From the NCBI GenBank assembly GCA_038087875.1, contig CM075978.1:175088001-175152000 (forward strand): 64,000 nucleotides of DNA, given 5' to 3'. The translations under genes and the position numbers were made by a program. Under the pieces are notes generated by a model that saw nothing but the letters and a program-made list of their open reading frames with translations, was not told the DNA's origin and ran no database searches. This DNA comes from Malacoraja senta. Its lineage: Eukaryota. Below, piece by piece: positions 50,204-63,871 of this stretch (its first letter is position 1; every line of letters starts with the position of its first letter).

Positions 50204-51519
50204 AGAAGGCTGTTTTATTTGAGGACATCAAACAGTCCGCACATCGATCATTTCTCGATTTTCCCAATGAGAGGATCTAATTAAAATAAGATGCCAAATA
50301 AGGACATTGCCTCCCCCCTCCCCCCCACCACCTCGAGAATTTGATAAGGCCATGAATGAACCAATCTTGGTTTAAAACGCCTCTTTTCTGTTCTTTTCCC
50401 CTTTAACGACCCTCAAAGGTCATTTATTTCCTCAGATTTTGCCTTGTATACATTCAATAACGCCCACCCAGATCCTTCTATTTTCTGTTTAGTATGTGTT
50501 CCACCCTTTAGTTTCCTTACATTTCGTTCTAGAAACCCTAATTAAAAAGTACGTTCCCGCAATCAACCTGACCGCCCACAACCCGGAGAATTTATATATT
50601 TCAATATGATCACCTCTTGTTTTATATAGTCCATCACGACATAACTATAGATTTAAGTAGTTATTCCTGGGTACCTTGCTGTGGTATTCCGCCATTCACT
50701 GTTCGTCAATCTGGCAATCATCCATTCATCCCATTGCCCTTTTCAGATAATTAACCAACATATCATCCATTTCCTTATAAATTATATCGATAACAAGTTC
50801 GCGTGTTCCTGTCTTGATCAGATATCTTTTATAGGGAATACTATAAAGTGCTTCAGGATATCCATATACAGGTTCTCAGAGTTCCCTTTTATTCACATTG
50901 CTCCCTCCATCGTGAAATAATGCTAGCAAATATATCAAAATATGTGTGTTTTTCATAAACCCACTTGGACTCTTGATAGACTGATAGTGTCATCAACGTC
51001 CCGCTACTCTTTAATCAGTAATGGATTTGGACACTTTCCCACTAGCAGTTGACAGAATAACTTGCCAATAGTTTCCTCCTATTTGTGCCCCTCTTGTCTT
51101 CACTTTCATGACATTTACAGTTTCCCCAGATCTATTCAAAATTCATGGAGTTTTATTTCAGTACAAAATAGAATCCGCCACATCTAGAGTCACCCCATTG
51201 GCTCGAAGTTAAACCACCGAAAACTTTCTTCTGTCGCCATAGCGTCTCCTTAGTTATTATTGTTCGATGTTCCTAGTTTCCTCTACCGTGAAAACCAGAT
51301 ACTAAGCAATTATTTATAATCCTTGGCACATTTTCCCCCATGAATAATATAATACACATATTCGTTATGGGGCAAAATGTTTAATTTAGTTACTCTCTTC
51401 CTTGTTATCTATGTGAAGAATATCTTGCTCTCTGCTTCAATGTTATTTATTGCATTACGCACAGGCTCCGTCTCGTTCTCGTTATTTTAGTTTACCTCTC
51501 CGATCTTATTTTAAATTAG

Positions 51520-51790
51520 CTTAGATACAGCGTGGAAACAGATCCTTCGGGCCGCCGAGTCCGGCCGACCAACGATCACCTGTACATTCTATTCTACACA
51601 CCAGGGAGAATTTATAGAGGTCAATTAATCTACAAACATGCAAGCCTTTTGGGATGTGGGACGAAAACGGAGCAGCCGAGGAAAACCCAACGATCACAGT
51701 CAGACCATGCAGACACCACCGGTCGTCAAGATCGAGCCCGCGTCCCTGGCGCTGTGAGTCGGCGCATAGTCTGTGCCACCCTAAACTTGT
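51520..51790 (-). mobile_element. tRNA-type SINE (HE1-like)
   Basis: gatacagcgtggaaacagatccttcgggccgccgagtcc...gatcgagcccgcgtccctggcgctgtgag. Confidence 0.7.
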
Positions 51791-52087
51791 TGGAAGTCGA
51801 CATAATCCTGTTGGCAGTCCACATACGAAGACAATGCCATAGGGCCACTGGATAAATCATGCTCTTTTGTCAACGCTGTCGGGATAGCAAATTGTGAAGT
51901 CTGCGACTCCATGTCATTTCTGTTGAAACAGCGATAATATTTTCCCACTAAATCGAATGAGTCGATCTTGAAGATTTGAATCGATTCGTGAGACCGGTTT
52001 CGTCCTCGTCATTTCCACAGTTCTAAGTATGATGTCTGAATTACAGGTATTATGAGCAGGCCGTATATATAGCTGAACATAATGTGG

Positions 52088-52281
52088 AGGAAAGAACTGC
52101 AGATGCTGGTTTAAATCGAAGGTAGACTCAACATGCTAGAGTAACTCAGCGGGTCAGGCAGCATCTCTGGAACGAAGGAATGGGTGACGTTTCGGGTCGA
52201 AGAAGGTCTGAAGAAGGGTGTCGACCCGAAACGTCACCCATTCCTTCGCTCCAGAGATGCTGCCTATCCCGCTGAGTTACT
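52088..52281. mobile_element. Fold-back Penelope-terminus element
   Basis: Inverted arms gagtaactcagcggg..gggtgacgtttcgggtcga / tcgacccgaaacgtcaccc..cccgctgagttactc. Confidence 0.8.
52208..52235 (+). ncRNA. Minimal type I hammerhead ribozyme core
   Basis: GGU-CUGAAGA-A-GGGU(GUCG)ACCC-GAAA-CG-UC-ACC: intact core, 4-bp stem II, palindromic stem III, 3-bp stem I and a GUC cleavage triplet. Confidence 0.55.
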
Positions 52282-52431
52282 CCAGCATTTTGCGTCTACC
52301 TATTGTTGGACAGTTTTTTAAAAATATCAGTTACGTAAATAATATGTACAATTGACTATTCATGCTAACGCGTGTTGTTTACATTCGAAATATATTAGTC
52401 TCCGTGATATTTATTTTATTATCCTTCATAA

Positions 52432-53690
52432 GGAGGGCAGCTAATGTAACCCCACTTTTTAAAAAGGGATGGAGAGAGAAAACGGGGAATTACAGACCAG
52501 TTAGTCTAACATCGGTAGTGGGGAAACTGCTAGAGTCAGTTATTAAAGATGGGATAGCAGCACATTTGTAAAGTGGAAAAATCATTGGACAATGTCAGCA
52601 TGGATTTATGAAAGGTAAATCATGTCTGAAGAATCTTATAGAATTTTTCGAGGAGGTAACTAGTAGAGTGGATAAGGGAGAACCAGTGGATGTGTTATAT
52701 CTGGATTTTCAGAAGGCTTTCGACAAGGTCCCACATAAGAGATTAGTATACAAACTTAAAGCACACGGTATTGGGGGTTCAGTATTGATGTGGATAGAGA
52801 ACTGGCTGGCAAACAGGAAGCAAAGAGTAGGAGTTAACGGGTCCTTTTCAGAATGGCAGGCAGTAACTAGTGGGGTACCGCAAGGCTCAGTGCTGGGACC
52901 CCAGCTATTTACAATATACATTAATGATTTGGACGAGGGAATTGAATGCAACATCTCCAAGTTTGCGGATGACACGAAGCTGGGGGGGGGGGGGCAGTGT
53001 TAGCTGTGAGGAAGATGCTAGGAGGCTGCAAGATGACTTGGATAGGCTGGGTGAGTGGGCAAATGCATGGCAAATGCAGTATAATGTGGATACATGTGAG
53101 GTTATCCACTTTGGTGGCAAGAACAGGAAAGTAGACTATTACCTGAATGGTGGCCGATTAGGAAAAGGGGAGATGCAACGAGACCTGGGTGTCATGGTAC
53201 ACCAGTCGTTGAAAGTAGGCATGCAGGCAGTGAAGAAAGCGAATGGTATGTTAGCATTCATAGCAAAAGGATTTGAGTATAGGTGCATGGAGGTTTTACT
53301 GGAGTTGTACAGGGTCTTGGTGAGACCACACCTGGAGTATTGCGTACAGTTTTGGTCTCCTAATCTGAGAAAGGACATTCGTGCCATAGAGGGAGTACAG
53401 AGAAGGTTCACCAGACTGATTCCTAGGATGTCAGGACTTTCATATGAAGAAAGACTGGATAGACTCGGCTTGTACTCGCTAGAATTTAGAAGATTGAGGG
53501 GGGATCTTATAGAAACTTACACAATTCTTAAGGGGTTGGACAGGCTAGATGCAGGAAGATTGTTCCCGATGTTGGGGAAGTCCAGAACAAGGGGTCACAG
53601 TTTAAGGATAAAGGGGAAATCCTTTAGGACTGAGATGAGAAAAACATTTTTTACACAGAGAGTGGTGAAGCTCTGGAATTCTCTGCCACA
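52432..53690 (+). mobile_element. CR1 RT fragment, truncated at both ends
   Basis: [52 protein letters not shown] and KFADDTKLG. It has one stop and a frameshift in a G run. Confidence 0.95.
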
Positions 53691-54309
53691 CCCATGTGTT
53701 TTACATTTGAAATTCAAACGCCCCTCACAGTATATGATAGGTTCTTGACTGGTTTCATTTTAAACCGTTTAACCCGCAAGTTTGTGGAATGTGGAAGTAC
53801 ATTCTACTGTCAGCACGCTCACATGCAGCAGCAACAACGGTTGCGCCCCCTACCCGTAATGTTCTGCTATCTCTTCTCAGGAAGTTCTTATTTCCGTCTC
53901 TTTGCCAGTGCACCGTTACGTTAGGTTGATTAAGATCGAAGAGGAAGGGAAATAGGTGTGTAACGTTTATTTTGTTGAGCGGCGTCTTCTGCGCAGCATC
54001 GGATATCGCTTCCCCCCCATCGGTCCAGAGTAATAGACAACAGAAATTACATACTCCACTAAACTAATCTTCTCGTGGTTTATCAACACTAGCAACAAAA
54101 AGTTTCTGATTCAAGTTGTATTTGCTGACTTTAAAGTAGTTGTAAGCTTTTTATTGGTTCTTGTATCTTTCTCATTTACAACTTCTAAAATGTTAGGGTG
54201 GAAACGATGCAAATGTCTTTTCAAATTTGAAGCTCTTGTTGGAGCATTGTTCCACACAATCTTTCATCATCATCATCTTCTATCATACACTGACACACAA
54301 AATGTTTTT

Positions 54310-54490
54310 TCATCAATACAATACGGTTTTATTCGTCACATTGCACATAAAGTGCATGTGAAATGAATTTGCCAGCAGCGGTACAATGAGAAAGAACACA
54401 CAAAAACACAATAACAATTTAACACAAACATCCACCACAGCATTCATCACTGTGGTGGAAGGCACAAAATTTGGCCAGTCCTCCTCCATT
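54310..54490 (-). mobile_element. Isolated 3' tail of the GC-rich retroposon family
   Basis: Near-identical to 56550-56710. Confidence 0.7.
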
Positions 54491-55384
54491 TTCATCTGTA
54501 ATTATTGTAAAATAATCAAAAACAGCAGGATCTGGTTGGAGTTTTCTTTGCCATTGAGAAAGGGGCTTTAGATTTCAAATTGGCTAACTTGGGTAATTTT
54601 GAATGAACTCAAATGTTTTTCCTGAATAAGAAAATAATGAATGACATTACTGATTCATTCCGTGCCTGAAATGGAATTATTAACATCTTATATACATCAC
54701 AAAATACGAGGTTCAAGTACAGTAAATACCGGTGGAAGAACGGGCATACTTTACTAACTCACTTTAGTAGTCTCTATTCATTGGTAATAATTAAATAATT
54801 TAAGGAAACTTGTTTTAAGGGATTACGGCGGTCACAGGGACGCAGCCCCCAACCCGTTAGGTTAGGTTAGCCTGTATTTACTAAACTTTTAGCTAAATGA
54901 GCCCTAACCTTTTTTTCCTTCATTACCCAACCCTTTACTAACCTTTTAACCTAGAATATTGTGTCAAGCATCCCACTGAAAGTAGAAATTAAGGTTTGCA
55001 TTGACGAAAAATCACCACATTTTTTGACGCTTTTCCAAGACTAGTATGTACTGCTGTTTAGACGGAATTAATCATCACTGACGATTTATTTTGCAGTAAA
55101 TCATGAACATTCGTAATCTGTATTCATTTATAATATATTCCACATAAATGAATGTCTAAATTTTCCTTTTGAATTCAGAAATTATCCAGACATGATCACT
55201 CAGTAGTAGGTGGAGGGAAATCAGCTGGTGATGGCGTTTGTTTACGTTTTGTTTCTGGTCGTTCTGCCGCCAGATGGCTGCACCGATGTGATTTCTCATT
55301 CTCTCGGGTGGAAATAAATGTGTGCGGCATGTTTAAAAAGTGGGATTTTTTCCGATTTAAGTAGTCTCTGAAATTTATGTGGAG

Positions 55385-55480
55385 GTCGGAGACGGGACTT
55401 TTTTTTACCGACTCCGACTCCAGCTGCATCAAAATTGCTCCGATTCCGACTCGACGACTCCCACTCCGACTCCACAGCCC
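55385..55480. mobile_element. Possible non-autonomous DNA transposon end with (CCGACT)n subterminal repeats
   Basis: ccgactccgactcc...ccgactccacagccctg. The partner end was not found. Confidence 0.4.
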
Positions 55481-56539
55481 TGGATTCAACAATGTATCAT
55501 TATTTCAAAAAGGCGAAGTAACAGATTTATTATCCACCTCATTTCCCTGGTGGACCCTGTATTGATTCTCACCCTACCGTTACTACTGACGATGTGCACC
55601 TTATGCGCAAGATCTTATTTAGCAATGAAGATGTCTGTGTTTCTTGTCGATTATGAATTTAATCACGGACTCGGTGTTGAAGATATCGGAGAATAAACAA
55701 TACAAACCGAGCAGGTAAAGTGAAGGCGCATTCTTATTCAGCTCATCATCTAGTAAGGGCTCGGTTCAAATTTCGCTATGGAAACGTGGTGCGTTTAATT
55801 ATATTTTGTTTAAAATTGAGAATTTTGTCATAACGATAACAAAATTGCGGGGTTGTTCTTGAAATCTCGTGTAGCTCAATGAAGCCCTTCATAGGATAAC
55901 CTTGTCCCAATCGAGGCTATGTAATTCCAACGCATTAATGTGGTTCGTTTTCAATGTCACCTGAAACATACTAGTAATAGGGGTGAGCTACCCATTAACA
56001 CAAATTGAAACTATGTTTTGTAAAAAAAAAAGCTGTACCTGCATGCAAAATCCGCAGAGGAAACACGCCTAAAGTTGTGATGAGTTGAAATAAATCGACG
56101 ATGAATTTTCTGATCTGAAAGGAAAGAATGCGTCAATCATATCGCTCTACGTCTGCTAGAGTGAACGCCTTCATGTGCAATCACAGAACATTTACGCGCT
56201 TACTTGCAGGGACTTTGAAGAATGGAAACTAAAGGCGTGGCTGTATCCGGAACAGGTCAGGCAACAATTAGACCGCACGAAAGTAAAATAATGTAGGAAG
56301 CGTAATCATTCACTCAAACAAATGTCCTTATTTTTATACTCCGCCTGAAACGATTAAACTAACAGGTCTTCATTACCGGCTGCATATAATCTAATTACCA
56401 GACCTTACATGAACTAAAGCGGACCTGCCGAGTACATTTTTTCCTCATTTTAGGAAGGCTTATATTTAAGATGTTAAAAGGGCCACCGGTTCACAGATTA
56501 ACGGCAAGATTATATTAGAGTAAGTAAATGTAAAGCCAT

Positions 56540-57480
56540 CAATCAATCAGTTTTATTCGTCACTTGCGCATAAAGTGCAAGTGAAATGAATTTGCCAGCA
56601 GCGGTACAATGAAAAATAACGCACAAAAACACAATCAAAATTTAACACAAACATCCACCACAGCATTCATCACTGTGGTGGAAGGCACAAAATTTGGCCA
56701 GACCTCCTCCATTCTCCCCCGAGGTCTGGACCTCAACCCTCCGCAGCCGCCGCTTCAGGCGTCCAGATGTGCAGACAAGGTAAAAAGTCCAGGTAAGTCC
56801 TGAATCGGTGCTCCCCTACCGGAGACCGCGGCTTCAGGTTGGTGTAGGCCGCAGGCCGGCGGTCGAAGATTTAAAGTTCCCGCCACGCCGCAGCCAGAAG
56901 CACCGCAGACCTCAGGGCCGGCGGTCGAAGCTCGTCTCCAGGGGTCCCCGGCGAGGGACCCCGCTCCTGATGGTAAGTCCCCGCAGCGCTCGCGGTCGAA
57001 GTTGGCCGCGGTCCGGCAGTTGGAGCTCTTCTCCTCCCGGGTCCCCAACGTGGGATCCCAGGCCCAGGACGCCGCGCCAGCTGGAGCTCCGCAGACCGCG
57101 GCTTCAGGCTGCCGCGAGCCAGTGAACGGAGCGTTCCCCTCCGGCGAGCGCCGGCGAGGGCTCGCCCGCTCCACGCCGAGAGTCCGCGCTGCGCCCACGG
57201 CTGAAGCCCCGGGCACGTCTCCGGGAAAGGCCGCACCGATCCTCGATGTTAGGCCACGGGGGAGGCGACATGGAACAAAGTCGCCTCTCCGTGGAGGAGG
57301 CGACCGAAACGGTTTCCCCCTTACCCCCCCTGCACCACCCCCCCACACCACCACCCCCCACACAAGACACACAGAGGAACATCAAAAACACAAATTTAAA
57401 CACACTAAAATAAACAAAAAAAAGTAGAAAAAACTGACACGCTGCTGGCAGGGCGCCCGGCTTGCAACGCCCCCACCGAC
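56540..57480 (-). mobile_element. GC-rich non-autonomous retroposon with (ATCA)n tail
   Basis: Shared tail, CpG-rich body and poly-purine/T linker, with the same layout as 30310-31200. Confidence 0.65.
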
Positions 57481-58649
57481 TGCATTGTTCATATTTATCT
57501 TCAAATTTATGTTCCAGGTTGACAAACGTCGTGTAGTTAATGCTATGAGGTATTTTGTTGAAAGCTTCACAACTAGTTCGATTACGAGCTCATATTGGTT
57601 GCACGATTATTCTTCAAATTGTAATGTGAAAGTGAGTTTTAACTGTTCTCAACTTCGAATTGCAACTCGGAATGATGTGAAGCCGCATTTGAAATGACCG
57701 CAATTTAACAAAGGTATTTGATTAGAATAATTAACTTAAATACATGGATTAAATTAACCTACTTGCATTAAAACCCATTATGGATGTATTGTCGTTTGGC
57801 GTTTATGGATTGATCAAGTCTGCTTTGGGTTGAACTGGACTGTTGTATCTGTACATAGAACTGTTTAATTCCGTCCGTTTCCATGCACTGTCACAAAATA
57901 ATACCTGGCGTCGCAGTTTGTTTGATCCAACGACCTCGTGCGTCAAGCAAGGATGTACATTAATACCGGTTTATTCTCTCTAAATCCATATAAATTCATT
58001 CTCCCGTTCCATCACCCACCAACACAACGCGACACCTTATCCAATTATCCTATCGACTCTCAATTTTTCGATATATGTGAATTACCGGAGCACGTGGTTA
58101 GTATAGGTGTCAGAGATTAGTTCTTGAATAATACAGGTGTCAGAGGTTAAGGGGAAAGAATAGATCAGCCATGATTGAATGACGGAATGTACTTAATGGG
58201 CCATATGGCCTAATTCTACTCCTATCGCTTATGACCTCATGACGTGGTCAAATGGAGAACGGAAAAAAAAAACCACGAGCGGCCAGATTCAACCGGGGCT
58301 TCTAGAGTTGAGGTAACACATCTGTAAGCTGCACGCATCTCCCGTCTTACTACATCACTGTGCCAATCTAAACAGTAATCTTAAAGCTTCGTCATTTACA
58401 TCAGTTGGTGAAGACGTGATAGACGTGAACTATCTGTGAAATTAGTGAAGCGATGGATACATTTCCATCAGGCAGAGACATGCTCAATGTTAATTCATTC
58501 GGCATATTTCTGATCAAATATTTGTGATTTAGAGAAGAAATAAAAAGTACGAAAACATCTTGTTTATCTAAGTGTTGAATGAACGTCACTGTTAAATTAG
58601 TTCAAATGAAATACTAATAGTCGACTCCAGTCAATGGTTTCACTAGCAG

Positions 58650-60139
58650 CAAGAGATACTCGAGAATGCTCTCTCCTCACTCTATTGTCTGGTATTACGA
58701 ATGTCACGTGGCAGACACGGAACATTGTGAGACGGGAGGGTGAGAAGCCATATCTCGTGCTCCATAATAGTATCAATGCCATATGTGGAAAGGGACACGA
58801 GAGCCTGCAAAGAGAATTCAGGGAGTTCGGTATTCGGTGAAAAAAACAAGTCCTCCATGATTGCGATCTCGGGATTAATAAACGGTATCGATAGGAATAG
58901 CAGAATAATCCAAGTGAACACTTGGCTAAGGCCCTGGTGTAGGTGGATGGGCATAAAATATATGGATTGTTGGGTTTTCTTACAGGACGAATGAGACCTA
59001 TATAAAACGGACGGGGTGCAATTGAACTGGTAGGTAAAGGCGGTGTCCTTGCAGTTACTTAGGAGGATTAATGCCCGAGGGATGAGCACGGCCGGGGGGG
59101 GGGGAGTGGTGGGAGCAGCAGGTCAGCCCATGGAACAGCTAGTGGCAAGATCGGGGCTATGATCCATTAGTTTGAAATGGAGGTGTGGCGGGAAAAGGTT
59201 AATTAAAAAAAATTAAGATGGATGATCTGAGGTGTGTTTTGAGTGTGGTTCAAAACGTTGAAACAGGTCGGTTGAGGTGTTTATTTTAAGGAGTATTATA
59301 GATAAAGCGGATTAGGAGTATTATGGATAAAGCGGTAGGCTGCTAACTCAACATTTATGAGTTTTGATGTTTCATACATTCTGGGAATGGGGTACAAGAG
59401 ATACAGGAATTGCATTACAAATCAGGAAATGTCAGCGGCACTCACATACTCATCAATTGAGGCAATAGGGGTGGAACGCAATATAAAGAGAGGTGCAACA
59501 AAAATGGGATTATACCATCCCTTTCGCCGGTGAATGGCAGAGAAACAGATATGTGGGGAGATTAGAGAAAGATGTCAAAACATCAAGTTTCTGGTATCGG
59601 TGACAAATCCCCATTATTGACTGTGACTTCCTTCGTGCAGAAGATCTAAAGAGAGCAAGCTTGGTTAGGTGTATCCAAGGTAGTTTCTTGAAACAGTCTG
59701 TGGATATTCCAACTCGAGGCCGGTCCATGTTACACCTTACTTTGGGAAATGAGCTTGATGTTTCAGTGGAAGAGTAATTTGGGATCCCTGATCATAAATC
59801 CATAAGTTTTAAGATAGCTACGAATAAGGATGCATCTAGATATTGGGGGAGATGAAATGGTGAGCAGATGTTGTTGGGTACGTTTACATTGGACATGGTG
59901 GTCGATTAAAGGCCAACTGATCAGAAATCAGGACCAGTATGCACCAGTAAGGAGGAGGAATTACGTTATATAGGCGAGGAATGATTGGATGATCTGAGAT
60001 ATTGTAAATTAGGTGACAATTTGCTGGTGCACTTTGAGAACCAGAAAGAGTTGGTTCTCTTCAAAAGCCTTAAGGTGCCCCTCTTTTATTGAAGTAGGCA
60101 AGGGAGGAGATGAGATTGCAGCGCCTTTGATGAGGACCT
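58650..60139 (+). mobile_element. Old CR1 (ORF1 esterase and ORF2 remnants), resuming at 63870-64000 after a nested insertion
   Basis: REGEKPYLVLHNSIN..LQREFREFG..IAISGL..NTWLRPWC..DLYKTDGVQLN, then ORF2 remnant ..DEIAAPLMRT. Confidence 0.75.
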
Positions 60140-63100
60140 AAGGTACTGGAAGAGAGAAGGTGGGTGACGGTGAGAAAGGGAGGGAATCATGGAATGCAAA
60201 CGTCCCCGGGTGTTGTACCTCTTGTGAACAGGTTCACCCACTTAGAAGCTGACGGGACAGAAGACGTTATCACACTGAGCGGCGGACTGGCTTGCGAAGC
60301 AAAAAGGGCTGTTGAGTCAAAACCAAAGCGGCCAACGTCAAGCAACGCCATTGTAGTTGGAGACTCCATTATGAGAGGTACGGACAGGGATTTCTGCGGC
60401 AATAGACGGGATTCGAGGATGGTGTGCTGCCTTCCTGGTGCCAAGATCCAGGATGTCACGGACAGAGTGCAGAAAATCCTCCAGGGCGAAGGTGAACAGC
60501 CGAAAGTGCTAGTGCATGTCGGCACAAACGATGTCGGAAAGAAGGGGATGAATATTCTGCAGCGTGACTTTAGAGAGCTCGGAAAAATGCTGAAAAGCAG
60601 GACCTCCAGGGTTGTTATCTCGGGTTTGCTTCCAGTTCCTCGTGCTGGCGAGAGCAGGAACAGGGAGATACGGGACCTGAATGTGTGGCTGAGGATCTGG
60701 TGCAAGGGGCAGGGATTTAGATTCTTAGATCACTGGGATCTGTTTTGGAGTAAGGGGGAACTGTACAAAAGGGACGGATTGCATCTTAACAGGTGGGGGG
60801 CCAGCATTCTGGCAGGCAGGTGTGCCACTGTTACACGGGTGGTTTAAAACTGAATAAGGGGGGGTGGGGTGTCAAATGGGATAGTCGAGGACGGAGTTAA
60901 AGGGAAATAGAGCTCACAAAGGGATAGGAAAGTATGGCCAAGTGTAATAGGGATCGATGTGAAAGGTGAGATGCGTAAGGAATTAAAAGTATTGTTATAT
61001 GAATGCGCAAAGAATAAGAAGTAAAGTAGATGAGCTTGAGGCTCAGTTAGAGGTTGGTAGATATGACATTGTGGGGATTACTGAGACGTGGCTGCAGGAG
61101 GATCGGGCCTGGGAACTTAATATTCAAGGTTATACATCCTATAGAAAGGACACGCAGGTGGGCAGAGGAGGGGGGTAGCTCTGCTGGTGAGGGATGGAAT
61201 TCAGTCCCTTGCGAGGGATGATATAGGGACACGAGGGAGAGTCACTGTGGATTGAGTTGAGGAATTGTAAAGGCAAGAAGACACTAATTGGTGTTATTTA
61301 CAGACCCCCAAATAGTAGCCCGGATGTAGGGTGTAAGTTGCAGCAGGAGTTAAAACTGGCATGTAACAAATGTAATGCCACTGTGGTGATGGGGGATTTC
61401 AATATGCAGGTAGACTGGGAAAATCAAGTTGGTTCAGGACCCCAAGAAAGAGAGTTTGTAGAATGCCTCCGAGATGGATTCTTAGAGCAGCTTGTAATGG
61501 AGCCGACCAGAGAAAAGGCAATTCTGGATTTAGTGTTGTCCAATGAACCAGATATGATAAGAGAACTTGAGGTAAAGGAACCGCTTGGAGGTAGTGATCA
61601 TAATATGATTAGTTTTAATTTGCAATTTGAGAAGGAGAAGGTTAAATCGGAAGTGGCAGTGATGCAGTTGAACCAAGGGGACTATGAAGGCATGAGAGGG
61701 GAGCTGGCCAAAGTAGATTGGAAAGGGATCCTAGCAGGAATGACGGTGGAACAGCAAAGGCAGGAATTTACTGGGCATAATCCGGAAGACGCAGGATCAT
61801 TTCATTCCAAAAAGGAAGAAAGATTCTAAGGGGAGTAGGAGGCAATCGTGGCTGACAAGAGAAGTTAGGGATAGAATAAAACTAAAAGAAAAGATGTATA
61901 ACACAGCAAAGAGTAGCCGGAAGCCAGAGGATTGCGAAACTTTCATAGGACAACAGAAGGAAACAAAACGGACAATACGGGCTGAAAAGATGAAGTATGA
62001 AGGGAAGCTGACCAGGAATATAAAGAAGGACAGTAAAAGCATCTTTAGATATGTTAAGGGAAAAAGAGTAGCAAAGTCAAATGTGGGTCCCTTGAAGGCA
62101 GACACGGGTGAAATTATTATGGGCAACAAGGAAATGGCAGAATAGTTGAATAGGTACTTCGGATCTGTCTTCACTAAGGAAGACACAAACAATCTCCCAG
62201 ATGTACTGGAGGACAGAGGATCTAAGGGTGTAGAGGAACTGAAAGAATGTTTCATTAGACGAGAAATACTATTGGGTAGGCTAATGGGACTGAAGGATGA
62301 TAAATCCCCTCGGCCTGATGGTCTGCATCCCAGGATCCTCAGGGAGGTGGCTCTAGAAATAGTGGACGCATTGGTGATCATTTTCCAATGTTCAATAGAT
62401 TCAGGATCAGTTCCTGTGGATTGGAGAATAGTTAATGTTATCCCACTTTTCAAGAAAGGAGCGAGAGAGAAAACGCGGATTTACAGACAGTTAGCCTGAC
62501 TTCGGTGGTAGGATATATGCTGGAGTCAATTATTAAAGAGGTAATAATGGGGCATTTGGATAGCCGTAAAAGGATTAGTCCAAGTCAACATGGATTTATG
62601 AAAGGGAAATCATGCTTGACTAATCTTCGCTAAATTTGTGAGGATGTGACAAGTAAAATGGATGAAGGGGTGCCAGTGGATGTAGTGTATCTAGACTTTC
62701 AGAAAGCCTTTGATGAGGTCCCGCACGGGAGACTGGTGACTAAAATTAGAGCACACGGTATTGGGGTAGGGTGTTGATAGAAAATTGGTTGGCAGACCGG
62801 AAGCAAGGAGTAGGAGTGAACGGGTCCTTTTCAGAATGGCAGGCAGCGGCGAGTGGAGTGCCGCAAGGCTCGGTGTTGGGGCCGCAACTGTTTACCATAT
62901 ATATTAATGATTTGGAAGAGGGAATTAGGATCAACACTAGCAAGTTTGCGGATGACACAAAGCTGGGTGACAGTGTGAACTGTGAAGAGGATGTTACGAG
63001 GTTTCAGGGTGACCTGGACAGGTTGGGTGAGTGGGCAGATGCGTGGCAGATGCAGTATAATATATATACATGTGAAGTTATCCACTTTGGCGGCAAAAAC

Positions 63101-63871
63101 AAGGGGGCAGATTATTATCTCAATGGGGTTAGGTTAGGTAAGGGGGAGGTACAGCGAGACCTGGGTGTCCTTGTACACGGGTCACTGAAAGTTGGCGTGC
63201 AGGTACAGCAGGCAGTGAAGAAAGCTAATGGAATGTTGGCCTTCATAACAAGAGGATTTCAGTATATTAGTAAAGAGGTTCTTCTGCAGTTGTATAGGGC
63301 TATGGTGAGACCACATCTGGAGTATTGTGTACAGATTTGGTCACCTAATTTGAGGAAGGACATCCTTGTGATTGAGGCAGTGCAGCGTAGGTTCACGAGA
63401 TTGATCCCTGGGATGGCGGGATTGTCATATGAGGAAAGATTGAAAAGTCTAGGCTTGTATTCACTGGAGTTTAGAAGGATGAGGGGTTATCTTATAGAAA
63501 TATATAAAATTATAAAAGGACTGGACAAGCTAGATGCAGGAAAAATGTTCCCAATGTTGGGCGAGTCCAGAACCAGGGGCCACAGCCTTAGAATAAAGGG
63601 GAGGTCATTTAAGACTGAGGTGAGAAAAAACCTTTCCACCCAGAGAGTTGTGAATTTATGGAATTCCCTGCCACAGAGGGCAGTGGAGGCTAAATCACAG
63701 GATGGATTTAAGAGAGAGTTAGATAGAGCTCTAGGGGCTAGTGGAGTCAATGTATATGGGGAGAAGGCAGGCACGGGTTATTGATTGTGGACGATCAGCC
63801 ATGATTGGCGGTGCTGGCTCGAATGGCCGAATGGCATCCTCCTGCACCTATGTTTCTATGTTTCTATGTTT
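60140..63871 (+). mobile_element. Younger near-complete CR1 LINE: ORF1 SGNH esterase (60164-60847), ORF2 APE endonuclease and RT (about 60990-63784) with stops/frameshifts, (ATGTTTCT)n tail
   Basis: VVGDSIMRG..VHVGTNDV..KRDGLHLN; [33 protein letters not shown] and KFADDTKLG. Tail tatgtttctatgtttctatgtt. Confidence 0.96.

Noticed and set aside
54010-54050. Minus-strand VYYSG as a V-domain remnant
   Set aside because: It lacks the Cys, the DxG motif and the upstream Trp.
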